From positions 1-36,014 of the IMG/VR virus record IMGVR_UViG_3300025150_000523: a DNA stretch of 36,014 nucleotides. One strand, given 5' to 3'. Under the pieces are notes generated by a model. That model saw nothing but the letters and a program-made list of their open reading frames with translations. It did no database searches and was not told where the DNA came from. Origin of the DNA: a virus. Its lineage: Duplodnaviria > Caudoviricetes. This document shows positions 19,176 through 28,957 of this stretch, piece after piece. The translations under genes were made by a program, and so were the position numbers. Every line of letters begins with the position of its first letter. Positions within the stretch are counted from its first letter, which is position 1.

Positions 19176-19994
19176 TTAATACCTTGGCCGGTCGTCCATG
19201 TCAATGGCGCGGATATACTTTAGCGGGATATTATTGTGGAAAATCACTGTATCTTCAGAATATTCATCAGAAGAAACGCTATCATCATAGAAATCCTCGA
19301 TGCCCAACCTATAAGCGATGCTTCGTCTCATTTCCGCTGTATCTAACGGACCTTCCTTGCTAACCTGAGGAGTATAAGCATCGGCAATCATCTGGCCTAC
19401 ATCTATTTCTAGAGTCACTTCGCCATAGGAATCTGTATCTCCGGGATTGTAGCTAGCAAAGATTGCCGCGCCAGTTCCTCGATTATACAGCCCACGAGTT
19501 TCATCTTTAATGCGAAGCTCTCCATCTTGTTGAATTTCCTCCCAGTTTTCTTCTGTCGTCCCATGATAGACCTTTCCGCCACCCTGCCAAAATTCCTTAT
19601 TGAAATCTGGTTGTGGTGAATACTCTTCTAAACTGTCTTCCCATAGATCCCAAATCCATTGGTGGGCATCTTTGGGATCTGGGAACTGCAAATCATCAAT
19701 AACATAAATTTGACCATTGTAGTCGTAAGCTATAACATCTGGAAAAACAGTTCGGACATTGGTTGCTCCCCATTTAGCTAAAATCTGTTGAATGACATCT
19801 ATGCCTCCCGGAGAGTATTCAAGATCCTCTTCCAGGTTCAGAGGAGCGTCGTCGTCGTCCTCTATCTGTGCCATTTTGAACAGCATTCGATCAACCAGTC
19901 TATGACAACCCAATTGCTCCAGATGAGCAGATCTCCTCAGATCAATAAGCCCTCGTGAACACGCAGCGCTTTCTTTTCGAAACTTAGCACCCAT
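19176..19994 (-). CDS. tagged protein with ADP-ribosyltransferase/Tpt1-like C-terminal domain
   Basis: N-terminal tag LEQLGCHRLVDRMLFKMA; VYHGTT...I...GEL...IFAS...SYG..TLEID...IPLKYI. Confidence 0.6.
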   Translation of the reverse strand: MGAKFRKESAACSRGLIDLRRSAHLEQLGCHRLVDRMLFKMAQIEDDDDAPLNLEEDLEYSPGGIDVIQQILAKWGATNVRTVFPDVIAYDYNGQIYVIDDLQFPDPKDAHQWIWDLWEDSLEEYSPQPDFNKEFWQGGGKVYHGTTEENWEEIQQDGELRIKDETRGLYNRGTGAAIFASYNPGDTDSYGEVTLEIDVGQMIADAYTPQVSKEGPLDTAEMRRSIAYRLGIEDFYDDSVSSDEYSEDTVIFHNNIPLKYIRAIDMDDRPRY

Positions 19995-20029
19995 GCCTCA
20001 CATATTATCTCGAACAGTCAGTTTTCCCT

Positions 20030-21460
20030 TCAATCGAAGCAAACCCTGATATGCTTCATAACCTCTGGGCACTGATCATTTAGCTCCGACCACATGCGCT
20101 GTGCCACCCCACGATATGATAGGTGCCCTTGAGGTTTCGACCGGAGTTCAATGAAATGCCCAGCTTCCCTCAGATTCCATTGAATCAGAGTTCTCTTTCG
20201 ATAGGCCATTGGTAAGCAGTAAGAAGCGGTGTTCATCAGACCCGAGTCGTAATCAACAATGTCGTGATAGAGATTCTTTGCTTGGGACATAAGCTGGTCA
20301 TAGCTGGAAAGCTCTTCCCCCGCTTGAATCCCGAGCGGATAATCGTACCCCAAGCCAGGGTTGAAAGGCTCATTGATTTGAGTACACATTCTATGCCTCT
20401 GAATGTCCCTGAAAGCTCCGTAATCAACGGAGATTTCAGACGAGCAAGGAATTATCTCAAACTCTCTTGGCAAGCGATCATGTGGTCCACGATGCTCCAT
20501 GATCTCATCCAACATTCCCATCGGAGGCTGAACAATGTCTTCAAATGGAGAGAACTCATAACCATAAAGAAAGGCTGTAATCAAGGTTTCCAAAACAACA
20601 TCAGGATCGATGTCAAAATAATGAAAGTTAGAGGGCAAATTGTCCCAAGCATATCCTCGGGCGTAACTTTTAACAATCTCTTCTATTTTGATCAGGAACT
20701 CATTTTCATCGGCATAACGGATTAAGGTGGGACAAATCTTCGTCGATTCAGTCTGAATGTCAATCCCCAATTGTTGAACTTCTGGGAGATTATAACTCTT
20801 CATTTTGCTGACCATCCAGGCTATATTTCGGGCATTAGCGGTCAACCCGACATTGGTTAAAGTCGCGGCTGGTAGCAAATATCTGGCAATGTCACAGGCC
20901 ATTCCATTGATCTTGGAGGAGTACAGGCGTTCTGACATATCGCCCTTCGGAAAGCGTGCCGCAATTTTCTCCCTTAATCCGTCGAGATAAGAAGTGTAGG
21001 CCGTCAATAGTTCTCCGCAGAGGTCGTGGTATCGGCCAGCGAAGGGCGTCCCGTCAAGTTCTGGGGCTTTGAAGTATGAATCCTTATCGAACTCAACATA
21101 ACGAGTTGATTTTTCGGTGTAGCTACACAGGCGATTGTCTTCCAGGGCCTTCGTTGCCAGGATGGAGATGTTTTCAATGCCAAGGCTCAGAACAGCATGC
21201 TCAGCAACGCTCGAATGCGCATAGCCAACAACCCATTTTTCGTGAAACTTAGCCGCTTTTTCTTCAAGGGATTGGAGGCCCAAGGAGCTTTCTGAATACT
21301 CTCCGGTTTCTTCCAAAACCTCAGCCAGTGTTTCCTTAAGGCTTTTGGGGCTGCGGCTATAATAGGCAAAAAGAACAGCCCTGACTTCTGGTGGGAGATT
21401 TATCAGAGCAAAAACATTACCTTCAGTATTTGATAGATATCGTGTCAAATTGCTATTCAT
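20030..21460 (-). CDS. thyX: FAD-dependent thymidylate synthase, tandem-domain type
   Basis: YSRS, YAHSSVAEHA, EKSTRY, ARYLLP, FRDIQRHR, HFIELRS..QGH.SYR. Confidence 0.92.
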   Translation of the reverse strand: MNSNLTRYLSNTEGNVFALINLPPEVRAVLFAYYSRSPKSLKETLAEVLEETGEYSESSLGLQSLEEKAAKFHEKWVVGYAHSSVAEHAVLSLGIENISILATKALEDNRLCSYTEKSTRYVEFDKDSYFKAPELDGTPFAGRYHDLCGELLTAYTSYLDGLREKIAARFPKGDMSERLYSSKINGMACDIARYLLPAATLTNVGLTANARNIAWMVSKMKSYNLPEVQQLGIDIQTESTKICPTLIRYADENEFLIKIEEIVKSYARGYAWDNLPSNFHYFDIDPDVVLETLITAFLYGYEFSPFEDIVQPPMGMLDEIMEHRGPHDRLPREFEIIPCSSEISVDYGAFRDIQRHRMCTQINEPFNPGLGYDYPLGIQAGEELSSYDQLMSQAKNLYHDIVDYDSGLMNTASYCLPMAYRKRTLIQWNLREAGHFIELRSKPQGHLSYRGVAQRMWSELNDQCPEVMKHIRVCFD

Positions 21461-21486
21461 TGGGGCCTCCTCGATTGGCTCTTTTC

Positions 21487-21553
21487 ATTATATGCCCAAC
21501 AGCCCGAGCCAGACGAAAGAAATTCGGCGGGCTCGCCTATCGGCGGTTATAAT
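21487..21553. promoter_or_regulatory. divergent -10 elements
   Basis: TATAAT on the minus strand (21487-21492, toward thyX) and on the plus strand (21548-21553); -35 boxes are poor. Confidence 0.5.
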
Positions 21554-21575
21554 GAGGTCAGCCCGGAGGCAATGA

Positions 21576-21977
21576 ATGAATAGCAAGCACAAATTCTCGA
21601 TCTGTTTTTTCCGCGACTATATGGTAGAAAATGAGGATGTTTTCTCAGCCGATTCGGAAGAAGAAGCAGAAGAGAAATGCTATGACGAAAATGCAACTCT
21701 TGACGATATTGAAGTTTTCAGAGTCGCAGAATTAGGCGACGGTTCCTATATGGTGGAGTATAGCTATTGGGCATACGAAGATGACAAATGCGAAATCGAA
21801 GCCTATGATGAAGAAGAAGCTGTCAAACTCTTCCATGAGCGCCACTCATCATTTGATATCGAAGAGTTCGACATCAAAAGCATCTCTGATTTGGGGTCAG
21901 AAGATCATTTCAACATGAAAGATCTGGAAGCTAAGGGTCAGATGAATCTTGATCTTGATCTTGATCAGGGAGAATGA
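21576..21977 (+). CDS. acidic hypothetical protein with internal repeat
   Basis: GGAGG SD; two A-x-x-EEEA repeats (ADSEEEAEEK, AYDEEEAVKL). Confidence 0.7.
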   Translation: MNSKHKFSICFFRDYMVENEDVFSADSEEEAEEKCYDENATLDDIEVFRVAELGDGSYMVEYSYWAYEDDKCEIEAYDEEEAVKLFHERHSSFDIEEFDIKSISDLGSEDHFNMKDLEAKGQMNLDLDLDQGE

Positions 21978-21978
21978 A

Positions 21979-22230
21979 ATGATTTATGCCGACTGTCTGG
22001 TCGGTAATCATAAGCTCATTGCCCTTTTTGCCCATACTTCCGATGGAATGGAAACAACGGTCGTGAGATGGTGCGAAATCTGTGGCTCAGTTGTGGTTGA
22101 TTTAGATTGTGACGGCAGAATTCTTCCTGGCAAACTGATGAAGATGCGCAGTCCAGAAATCGCAAAGGTCAAGGATTCGAGAGCCCCAGGCGATCCAAAG
22201 CCAAGTCGATCAACTGATTCGCATCAGTGA
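21979..22230 (+). CDS. small putative zinc-binding protein
   Basis: GGGGAG SD; C...H...RWCEICG. Confidence 0.55.
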   Translation: MIYADCLVGNHKLIALFAHTSDGMETTVVRWCEICGSVVVDLDCDGRILPGKLMKMRSPEIAKVKDSRAPGDPKPSRSTDSHQ

Positions 22231-23686
22231 TTCCGGTTTCAACAAAGACTTCTTGAGCTTCATTGATGACCTGTCCCATCTCTGGTCCCGGCTGGAAACC
22301 CCTGGCGATCAAATCTCGTCCTTGAACGATTGTCTTTTGGCCTTGAACGCCCTCTGGCAATTCTGGGGCCGTGAAGATCTCCTGGATGACAGGATCATCC
22401 TCGGACGCTGCTTTATCAGCCATATGCAAAACTAACAATCTTTGGCGGATGCGCTCGCGTTCCTCTGCATCTGGTCCCATGGATTGATGGAAGCGACGCA
22501 AAGCTTTGCCGCTCATTCCCTCATTGGCGAAGCCCAAAGGTCGCATGTGCAAAGAGACAGTGCCTTCCATATCTCGGATCAAACGGTCGGGCAATTTCAG
22601 GCGGCGACCGATTTGTCGAATGGTACTAGCTTCATCGCCTTCACCTTGGCCGATGCCTTCGTGGCCGTGGAAGGTGAAATACGGCTGTCCTTCAACTTGC
22701 TGCTTGTGGATGCCTTTGCCGACATCGTGCAGCAAGGCGTCCCACCGGATATCGCTAGGAGGGGTTCGATCAACAACCTCCAAGATGTGTGAAAAAACGT
22801 CGCCTTCTGGATGGTGTTCTGGATTCTGCTGGACCTGATCCAACTCCGTGAACTCAGGAATGATCGTTTGCAAGACGCCCAAATCTTGCATCATTCTCAA
22901 GAACGTGGAAGGATGCTGCGATTCGAAGGCTTTGTCGATCTCCATGACGATGCGTTCGATGGCGATCTCGCCACCTTCAACTTTGCGGTCATCGAATTTG
23001 ATGCTGCGGATCAACTCAGGGGCCATCATCTCCATGGCCTGCCAAGTTTGAGGTTCGATTTGGAAGTTCAACCGAGCAGCAAAACGAGCAGCCCTGATGA
23101 TGCGCAACAGGTCTTCCTGGAAACGCTCCGAAGGATCACCAACGCAGCGGATGACATGATTGTCCAAATCTTGCTGACCCTGGAAAGGATCTCGGATGGC
23201 CAAGTCTCGCCCCATAGCCATCGCATTGATCGTGAAATCGCGGCGAGACAAGTCCAAATCCAATGCTTGCAAAACTTGTTCTGGATTGTTTTCATCAACG
23301 TCGATGAATTCAACATCAGCTTTGTGGCCGTGGCTGGCAACGTCGATGCGGAACGTGGTGATCTCAAAGACTTCGCCCTGAGCAGACGTGAAGACAGTTC
23401 CGTGTCTCAAGTCGGTTTCTTTGTGGACGGGGTATCCGGCTTGTTTCAAACGACGGATCACTTCTTGGGGGTTGACAGGTGTACACAAATCGACATCGTG
23501 AGGGGTTTTGCCCAAGCCCAGGTCACGAATGCAGCCGCCAACGCCGAACAACTGAGGCAAAAACGGGAAGAGATCCAAAACTCTCTGGATCTCTTCAATT
23601 GCCCCAGTTTCCATCGCAGCTTCTTTCAGCCAAGTGTCCACTTGCCTGTGCATTCCGGCCCTTTCCCATCTCTTCAGCATCAGCAT
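22169..23686 (-). CDS. cca: CCA tRNA nucleotidyltransferase with HD domain and N-terminal tag
   Basis: VGGCIRD, DVDL, EITTFR, DLSRRDFTINAMA, DPFQGQQDL, RFQEDLLRIIRAARF, HHPEGDVFSH, LLHDVGK. Poly(A) polymerase or partial CC/A-adding activity is not excluded. Confidence 0.88.
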   Translation of the reverse strand: MLMLKRWERAGMHRQVDTWLKEAAMETGAIEEIQRVLDLFPFLPQLFGVGGCIRDLGLGKTPHDVDLCTPVNPQEVIRRLKQAGYPVHKETDLRHGTVFTSAQGEVFEITTFRIDVASHGHKADVEFIDVDENNPEQVLQALDLDLSRRDFTINAMAMGRDLAIRDPFQGQQDLDNHVIRCVGDPSERFQEDLLRIIRAARFAARLNFQIEPQTWQAMEMMAPELIRSIKFDDRKVEGGEIAIERIVMEIDKAFESQHPSTFLRMMQDLGVLQTIIPEFTELDQVQQNPEHHPEGDVFSHILEVVDRTPPSDIRWDALLHDVGKGIHKQQVEGQPYFTFHGHEGIGQGEGDEASTIRQIGRRLKLPDRLIRDMEGTVSLHMRPLGFANEGMSGKALRRFHQSMGPDAEERERIRQRLLVLHMADKAASEDDPVIQEIFTAPELPEGVQGQKTIVQGRDLIARGFQPGPEMGQVINEAQEVFVETGITDANQLIDLALDRLGLSNP

Positions 23687-23723
23687 TGTGTTGAAGATTT
23701 CTCAAACTATCTCAGAAAACCGT

Positions 23724-24317
23724 TCATTCTCCCCCTTGAACAGCAATTATCTCAGGGGTCAATTCGCTCATTGGCCTCAATTCATGAACTCCACAAAAAT
23801 GTCTATTGCCATACCCTTTGAAGTCTCTCATCTCAGCGATATCTTCTGAAATGCACCAACCCACAAGAACAACAGCGTCATTCTTTTCCTTACCATTCGA
23901 CATTCCGCAAAAAGCCTGAACATAAATCCAATCATGATAGAACTCTTTACTTGGAACCACCATGTTGTATCTGATAGCCTTTGCATCTTCTTTCAGCCGT
24001 GTGCATTTGACATCTATGTCAATATGCTTTTCTCCATCAAAAAAATCCTGGCCATCGTCTCCACGATGCGGAGTGGCGTTGCGTTTCGCTCTGGACTTCT
24101 TGTAAAATTCGAAGCCTCTATCTCCGAAAGCAAACTTGTGTAGAGCTAATTCTCCCATTTGTCCGACCACCTGATCGGAGCTGCAAGTTTTACTTCGGTC
24201 GGCTGAACTGCGGACTTGTGAGTTTCCGCCCAAAGTCGCCTCTCCAGCGTTGCTGTTTAGTTCTTTCAGTTCTTCTTCGTTGAATTTGATGACAACGAAA
24301 TCATCTCTTTTGACCAT
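23724..24317 (-). CDS. putative PD-(D/E)XK nuclease-fold protein
   Basis: GQMGELA...GDDGQDF...IDIDVKC; start reassigned to ATG 24317, downstream of a sigma70 promoter. Confidence 0.55.
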   Translation of the reverse strand: MVKRDDFVVIKFNEEELKELNSNAGEATLGGNSQVRSSADRSKTCSSDQVVGQMGELALHKFAFGDRGFEFYKKSRAKRNATPHRGDDGQDFFDGEKHIDIDVKCTRLKEDAKAIRYNMVVPSKEFYHDWIYVQAFCGMSNGKEKNDAVVLVGWCISEDIAEMRDFKGYGNRHFCGVHELRPMSELTPEIIAVQGGE

Positions 24318-24333
24318 GCTAATCACCACGCTC

Positions 24334-24362
24334 ATTATAACGGGAATTGGGATCTCCGTCAA
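24334..24362 (-). promoter_or_regulatory. sigma70-type promoter
   Basis: TTGACG-N17-TATAAT. Confidence 0.8.
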
Positions 24363-24389
24363 GGGAATCATCGAATTCCTCTCAACGAC

Positions 24390-24416
24390 AGGGAAGTTGC
24401 GGCCCGCCTGAGAATA
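24390..24416 (+). promoter_or_regulatory. putative alternative-sigma (late) promoter
   Basis: AGGG-N16-GAGAATA, 10 nt before ATG 24427; the same motif lies upstream of other tagged genes. Confidence 0.55.
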
Positions 24417-24426
24417 GATCAACATC

Positions 24427-26325
24427 ATGAAGTTTCTGAAGTTCTCAGCCATGACAGATGAAGAAAAACAGGAGATGTGGAATGACGCCGTTCAGGGCGA
24501 ATGGTGGATTTCTCCTGATGGCGATGCCATGTACGCAGATGGTGATTCTGGAGATTATGATCACGAGTATTATGTTCGCCAAGAAATCATGCATAATCAC
24601 GGACTTTATGAAGATGAGTCTGATGAAGATATGTATCAACAGATTCTTTACACTGTAATGGGTCGGGAGAATGCAAACAGAGATTTTAATCAACCAGTCC
24701 TTCCAGGAATTGATCTAACAGAAGAAGAGCAAGAACAAGAAGAATCTCCGAAGTATCAAATGATGATGATGGCCTCGCCTCAGCAGAGACAATACATGGA
24801 AGATCTCTTTCAATCTGGTAAGCGAATTCTGGGAGATGAGACAATAAATCCAAACGATTATGCTCTCTGGAATTTCACACCGGAAGAGACAGATATTTTT
24901 ACCGGGAAGGGAGACTTCAGAAGATACGCCATGGAAAAATGGGGGTGGAAACGAGTCATCAATCGAGATGTTGAAACATGGACTTTGACTGGTAAGGATT
25001 TGAGGGCCATCGCGACAGGACTTTTTGAAGGTTTTGATATGAGCCTCAATGAAAACGCTCAATTCAACATCGAAGTCGGTTCAAACGGCCGATCTTATTG
25101 GGGTGTTCCTTATTGGGTCCTCGATGATGGCAAACCAGCCGCGTTGCAACCATATCGCACGGGCGCTCAAGGACAAATCCTCTCGAAACATATCAAGTAT
25201 TGGGAACGCACGAGCGAGCACCATCTTGTTGATCAACTTTATCATGGCACAATCCATGAAGATTCCCATAATTTATGGGGTCAAATGCCCAATCCAATTC
25301 AAATGGAAAAACAAGGTCACCATCATATGGTTGACCAATGGCTTAAAACATCTGGTAGCCTTGATGATATCTATCAAGAAATTCACCAACCTCCGAGACA
25401 CGGGATAGAAAGAAAAGATGCTAGGCAGTATGCGAGTCAGTTCATAGAGTTTGTCAAAAAAACATTCCCCCAAATGATCGAAAATGCATGGATTGTTGGA
25501 AGCCCAGCAACAAGCACAGAGGGAAAAACCAAGGACATAGATGTTTTGCTAAAAATGCAAGGACATTGGAACGATTGGGGGGATGATATAAAAAGAGATT
25601 TCATCGAGACTCTTCGATGCATAGTTGATTCATCAACTATGGGCGAATATTATGATGACGATGACGAAGAGAGTGGCATATCTTCTTTGCAAGATCTTCC
25701 ATTCGATGTCTTTTTGATGGATGAGAGCGGTGCCCTGGTATCATTTGATCCAGATTATTATGATTTTGAGAAAAGTTTAGACGATCCTAGTTCTCTAGAT
25801 TTTGAAGATCCCAACTATCCGGTTGAGGATAGAGAACGATTTCCGTCTATATTTCCAGCCATCAACAATAATCCAATGACCCCCTTACCAGAATCGGTTA
25901 TCCCCGCTGGATGGGCATTCAAGGGCATTCAACGTCCAGAAGCAGAGATTGAGATCCCTTGGAAGCAGAGATCGGTCAGACAACTATCTAAAGCTCCCGA
26001 ATACTGGGTAAGAACAGATCCTGGCAGACTTCAGAGGTATTTTGAAGGCAACGAGGATTCTGCTTTAGCTTTACCTAGAGATAGAAGGACCGGTGTCGCA
26101 ACACTATGGGGAGAAGGTAAAAAAAGAACAGGGGTGTGGGATATTAATCAAGATGAATATTCCGAAAGATTCAATCGTCTGATGCATCAAATTAAAACTC
26201 CCAAAGATTACTATTCCATTAGAGACCTTGAGCGAGAGGGTCAACATAAAATAGTGGATCGTATGTTAAAAATAGCCACTCGATTCACTGCGAAGAGAAT
26301 TCCATCGCCAAAGGGATTCTGTTAA
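24427..26325 (+). CDS. multidomain tagged protein: WxxPxG domain + Pol-beta-like nucleotidyltransferase domain, with 3 tag copies
   Basis: WWISPDG...DHE...WGWKRV; WIVGSPAT...KDIDVLL...PFDVFL; tags at 25201, 25303 and 26227. Confidence 0.7.
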   Translation: MKFLKFSAMTDEEKQEMWNDAVQGEWWISPDGDAMYADGDSGDYDHEYYVRQEIMHNHGLYEDESDEDMYQQILYTVMGRENANRDFNQPVLPGIDLTEEEQEQEESPKYQMMMMASPQQRQYMEDLFQSGKRILGDETINPNDYALWNFTPEETDIFTGKGDFRRYAMEKWGWKRVINRDVETWTLTGKDLRAIATGLFEGFDMSLNENAQFNIEVGSNGRSYWGVPYWVLDDGKPAALQPYRTGAQGQILSKHIKYWERTSEHHLVDQLYHGTIHEDSHNLWGQMPNPIQMEKQGHHHMVDQWLKTSGSLDDIYQEIHQPPRHGIERKDARQYASQFIEFVKKTFPQMIENAWIVGSPATSTEGKTKDIDVLLKMQGHWNDWGDDIKRDFIETLRCIVDSSTMGEYYDDDDEESGISSLQDLPFDVFLMDESGALVSFDPDYYDFEKSLDDPSSLDFEDPNYPVEDRERFPSIFPAINNNPMTPLPESVIPAGWAFKGIQRPEAEIEIPWKQRSVRQLSKAPEYWVRTDPGRLQRYFEGNEDSALALPRDRRTGVATLWGEGKKRTGVWDINQDEYSERFNRLMHQIKTPKDYYSIRDLEREGQHKIVDRMLKIATRFTAKRIPSPKGFC

Positions 26326-26494
26326 GTTTTTCATCATCAATAAAAATCCCAACGTCCATGCTCATGGCGTCCACATTGGACCGTTCATTAATAACATTTT
26401 GAATGGCTTGCAATCAGTTGTCAAGTCCAATGGCTTCTTTCAACATGATGTTAACTAAGGAACAACTGTTCTTTCTTCGCAATGGATGTTGATT

Positions 26495-27604
26495 CTATCT
26501 TTCATCATACAATCTAACTTTATTTCTGTCAAAATCTTCTTTAGGGATAGGGGGAATGCTGGCCTTACCAACGGCAAAAGCAGAAATAACACCCAATCCC
26601 CTCAAAACATCATGGCGCAGCATACCAACAAGATCCCGTGCTAGGCTAAGATTAATTAACTCTTCTCGACCAATATCCTCATCTGAAAAAAGTTCAAGGT
26701 TTGAAGCAATATCATAATCGTCCAAATTCTTGAATTGTTTTCTTAGGAATTCGAGCAATTTATCAAAAGCCAGAGCTTTATCTTCTAACGCTGCTATATT
26801 TTGAACTTTAACCTTTTGCTTGTCATCCATAAATTTATCATCATAGATATAGTTTGAAATATCCTCTACCATATATTCTATAATATTATCTTTGTACGTT
26901 TCAATAAATTCCCTGTTTATCATATTATGGTTATAATCAGAACTCATCATTTCAGAACCATACTGAACCAGTTGGTAAACATAATCTTCGTCTGGCATAA
27001 TATCTTCAAAAGAAGAGTTGAACTTTACCACTCCTGGATGATGCTCATTCCTTAAATATTCCCATATTATTTGAGCCACTTGCTCTGGATATAATTCATA
27101 ATCATTCGGCTCCGAATTTTGCATATTTTTCTCTAAAGCAATCTCAAATTTTTCATAGTCTTCCTCGCTCGCATCTATGATCTGTTCTTTTGACCACCCA
27201 ATCATATCCAAGTATCCATTGATTTCAGAGATAACATAACCATACTGCATCCCTTGCACACCTCCACCCGCATATTCTTTTGCAATAGCAGGATTCATTC
27301 CAAAATAAATGTTCTCTGGGAAATATGGTGTATTAAATCCCCCAAACATTGGAGTCTTTTTAGTACCCAATCCAGTCTCCATTATTTTATTAGATACAGG
27401 GGAACCATGATATAATGGACCAAATCTATAATCCTTAAATCCCTCTGGTAATAATCTCAACCCCTGCTCTCTTCTTTGTTCCGGAGTTAGCTCATATTCC
27501 TGGGGGTCAAAAAGTTCCATCTGATTAGCCAACCTCAACCAATGGTCAACCACTCGATGTAAACCTCTTTTTTCTAGTACCTTAATATTATCCCATATGA
27601 TCAT
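26495..27604 (-). CDS. tagged protein with ADP-ribosyltransferase-like domain
   Basis: Tag LEKRGLHRVVDHWLRLA; LYHGSP...IMETGL...IYFG.NPAIAKEYA...PDED. Confidence 0.6.
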   Translation of the reverse strand: MIIWDNIKVLEKRGLHRVVDHWLRLANQMELFDPQEYELTPEQRREQGLRLLPEGFKDYRFGPLYHGSPVSNKIMETGLGTKKTPMFGGFNTPYFPENIYFGMNPAIAKEYAGGGVQGMQYGYVISEINGYLDMIGWSKEQIIDASEEDYEKFEIALEKNMQNSEPNDYELYPEQVAQIIWEYLRNEHHPGVVKFNSSFEDIMPDEDYVYQLVQYGSEMMSSDYNHNMINREFIETYKDNIIEYMVEDISNYIYDDKFMDDKQKVKVQNIAALEDKALAFDKLLEFLRKQFKNLDDYDIASNLELFSDEDIGREELINLSLARDLVGMLRHDVLRGLGVISAFAVGKASIPPIPKEDFDRNKVRLYDER

Positions 27605-28923
27605 TATCCTACCGCCATATAGTAATATTTACCAAAATATGGAATATAACCAGCAGTCGTTTTACTTATTTTATACCCCATGGATTCAATATACCTTCTA
27701 ACAATATCGCTCTGCAAAAATCTAAATGACGTATCTTCCTTAGCTTCAAAAATAATAGGCAATCCATGCTTTTCCATCAACTGACCTAGCATTTTGATCA
27801 CCGAAAACATGTATTTTACCCCAAGTTCCGGAGGCATCCCCAACCACTCAACCCGTATCGCGTTAGACCCATCCTTGCCAATATCTCTCAACACTTCTTG
27901 AAAATAAGGATCCATACTCTCAAAATCATGGACCTCCAAATTAAGCCTGCCAATCTGATATGACATTGTACCATACTTATTTTTAAAATCTGTGTCATCA
28001 GGTCGCGACTCTCCCTCATAAATATCATAGGAGGAATCATAGCCGCTAGGGTGATCTGTCTCTCTCAAATCTTCACTCCCCCACCTCTTGTTCAACTCAA
28101 TAGTAGCCAAATGCACCAAACGATCAACCAATCTATGTTGCCCGCTTCTCTCCAAAGACTTCAATTGATCTACCCTCCTCCTCTCGTAAACTTCTCGATA
28201 ATGTGGAAAACGACTCTGCATAGCACCAATGACTGCCCCCTGATGCGCCTCCATTAACCCAGGGATTTGATTGTAAAAATACTGAAACATTCTGAAAAAA
28301 AGAGAAATAGCATCATCAATAGAATGCCTCGGATTAACGCTCTCCTTTAAATAATAATAAAGCTCAGCCCCAACCGATTCTACTTCCCTTGAAGATAAGA
28401 AATATTGCCGTGCCGTCGCCAGTCCCTCTGGCGTACCTAAATCTATTCCCCGACTACTATCTCTATTGAAAAAAGTATAAGGAGCTTGCATCGATTTCCA
28501 AGAACGAGCCTCTTGTATGATATGAGTGAATTCATGAACAGTGTCCATCATGAACATCAGTTTCAATCGATCCTCTATCTCTTGTGTAAATGTCCCATCC
28601 CTAATGAACTCTAGAACTTTTCTCCGATCTAAATAATATGTCGCCCGATTTTCATTGACATCCGAACTGCTCACAAGCCTATCAATAGGATCTTCTTCCC
28701 GGACTATCAACTGCACACTGAAAGGAAAAGATTTTTTCCCAAATTCAACTATGAAACTTTGAGAAATTAAAACAAAACTTCTGGCCGTCTCTATTCTGTT
28801 GACAATTCGTAGACTAGGCGAAGTATACGCAATCCTAAGCTGTTCTATAAAATCATTCCATAACTCATCAGCCTGACGGCGTGCTGCTTGATATAATGAT
28901 TCTCGCCCTGCTTCCCTCTCCAT
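27604..28923 (-). CDS. two-domain tagged protein: HExxH zincin-like domain + unknown domain
   Basis: VHEFTHIIQE...YFLSSREVES; internal tag LERSGQHRLVDRLVHLA; C-terminal domain paralogous to 30154-30699. Confidence 0.65.
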   Translation of the reverse strand: MEREAGRESLYQAARRQADELWNDFIEQLRIAYTSPSLRIVNRIETARSFVLISQSFIVEFGKKSFPFSVQLIVREEDPIDRLVSSSDVNENRATYYLDRRKVLEFIRDGTFTQEIEDRLKLMFMMDTVHEFTHIIQEARSWKSMQAPYTFFNRDSSRGIDLGTPEGLATARQYFLSSREVESVGAELYYYLKESVNPRHSIDDAISLFFRMFQYFYNQIPGLMEAHQGAVIGAMQSRFPHYREVYERRRVDQLKSLERSGQHRLVDRLVHLATIELNKRWGSEDLRETDHPSGYDSSYDIYEGESRPDDTDFKNKYGTMSYQIGRLNLEVHDFESMDPYFQEVLRDIGKDGSNAIRVEWLGMPPELGVKYMFSVIKMLGQLMEKHGLPIIFEAKEDTSFRFLQSDIVRRYIESMGYKISKTTAGYIPYFGKYYYMAVG

Positions 28924-28930
28924 AACAACA

Positions 28931-28957
28931 ATTTCTCACATCGAACAAGAATATCCT
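28931..28957 (-). promoter_or_regulatory. putative alternative-sigma (late) promoter
   Basis: AGGA-N16-GAGAAAT, 7 nt before ATG 28923. Confidence 0.6.

Noticed and set aside
21501-21533. AGCCCG...CGGGCT inverted repeat as a terminator or ncRNA
   Set aside because: Only a 6-bp stem with a long loop and no U-tract, lying between divergent promoters.
22811-23821. 336-aa plus-strand ORF
   Set aside because: Antisense shadow of the clearly recognisable CCA enzyme, with no motifs of its own.
24318-24452. N-terminal extension of ORF 23724-24452
   Set aside because: It overlaps two divergent promoters and the start of the 24427 gene; ATG 24317 is the better start.
25237-25260. LYHGT in the 24427 protein as a fourth ART domain
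   Set aside because: The next tag follows within about 20 aa, leaving no room for the fold; at most a truncated relic.
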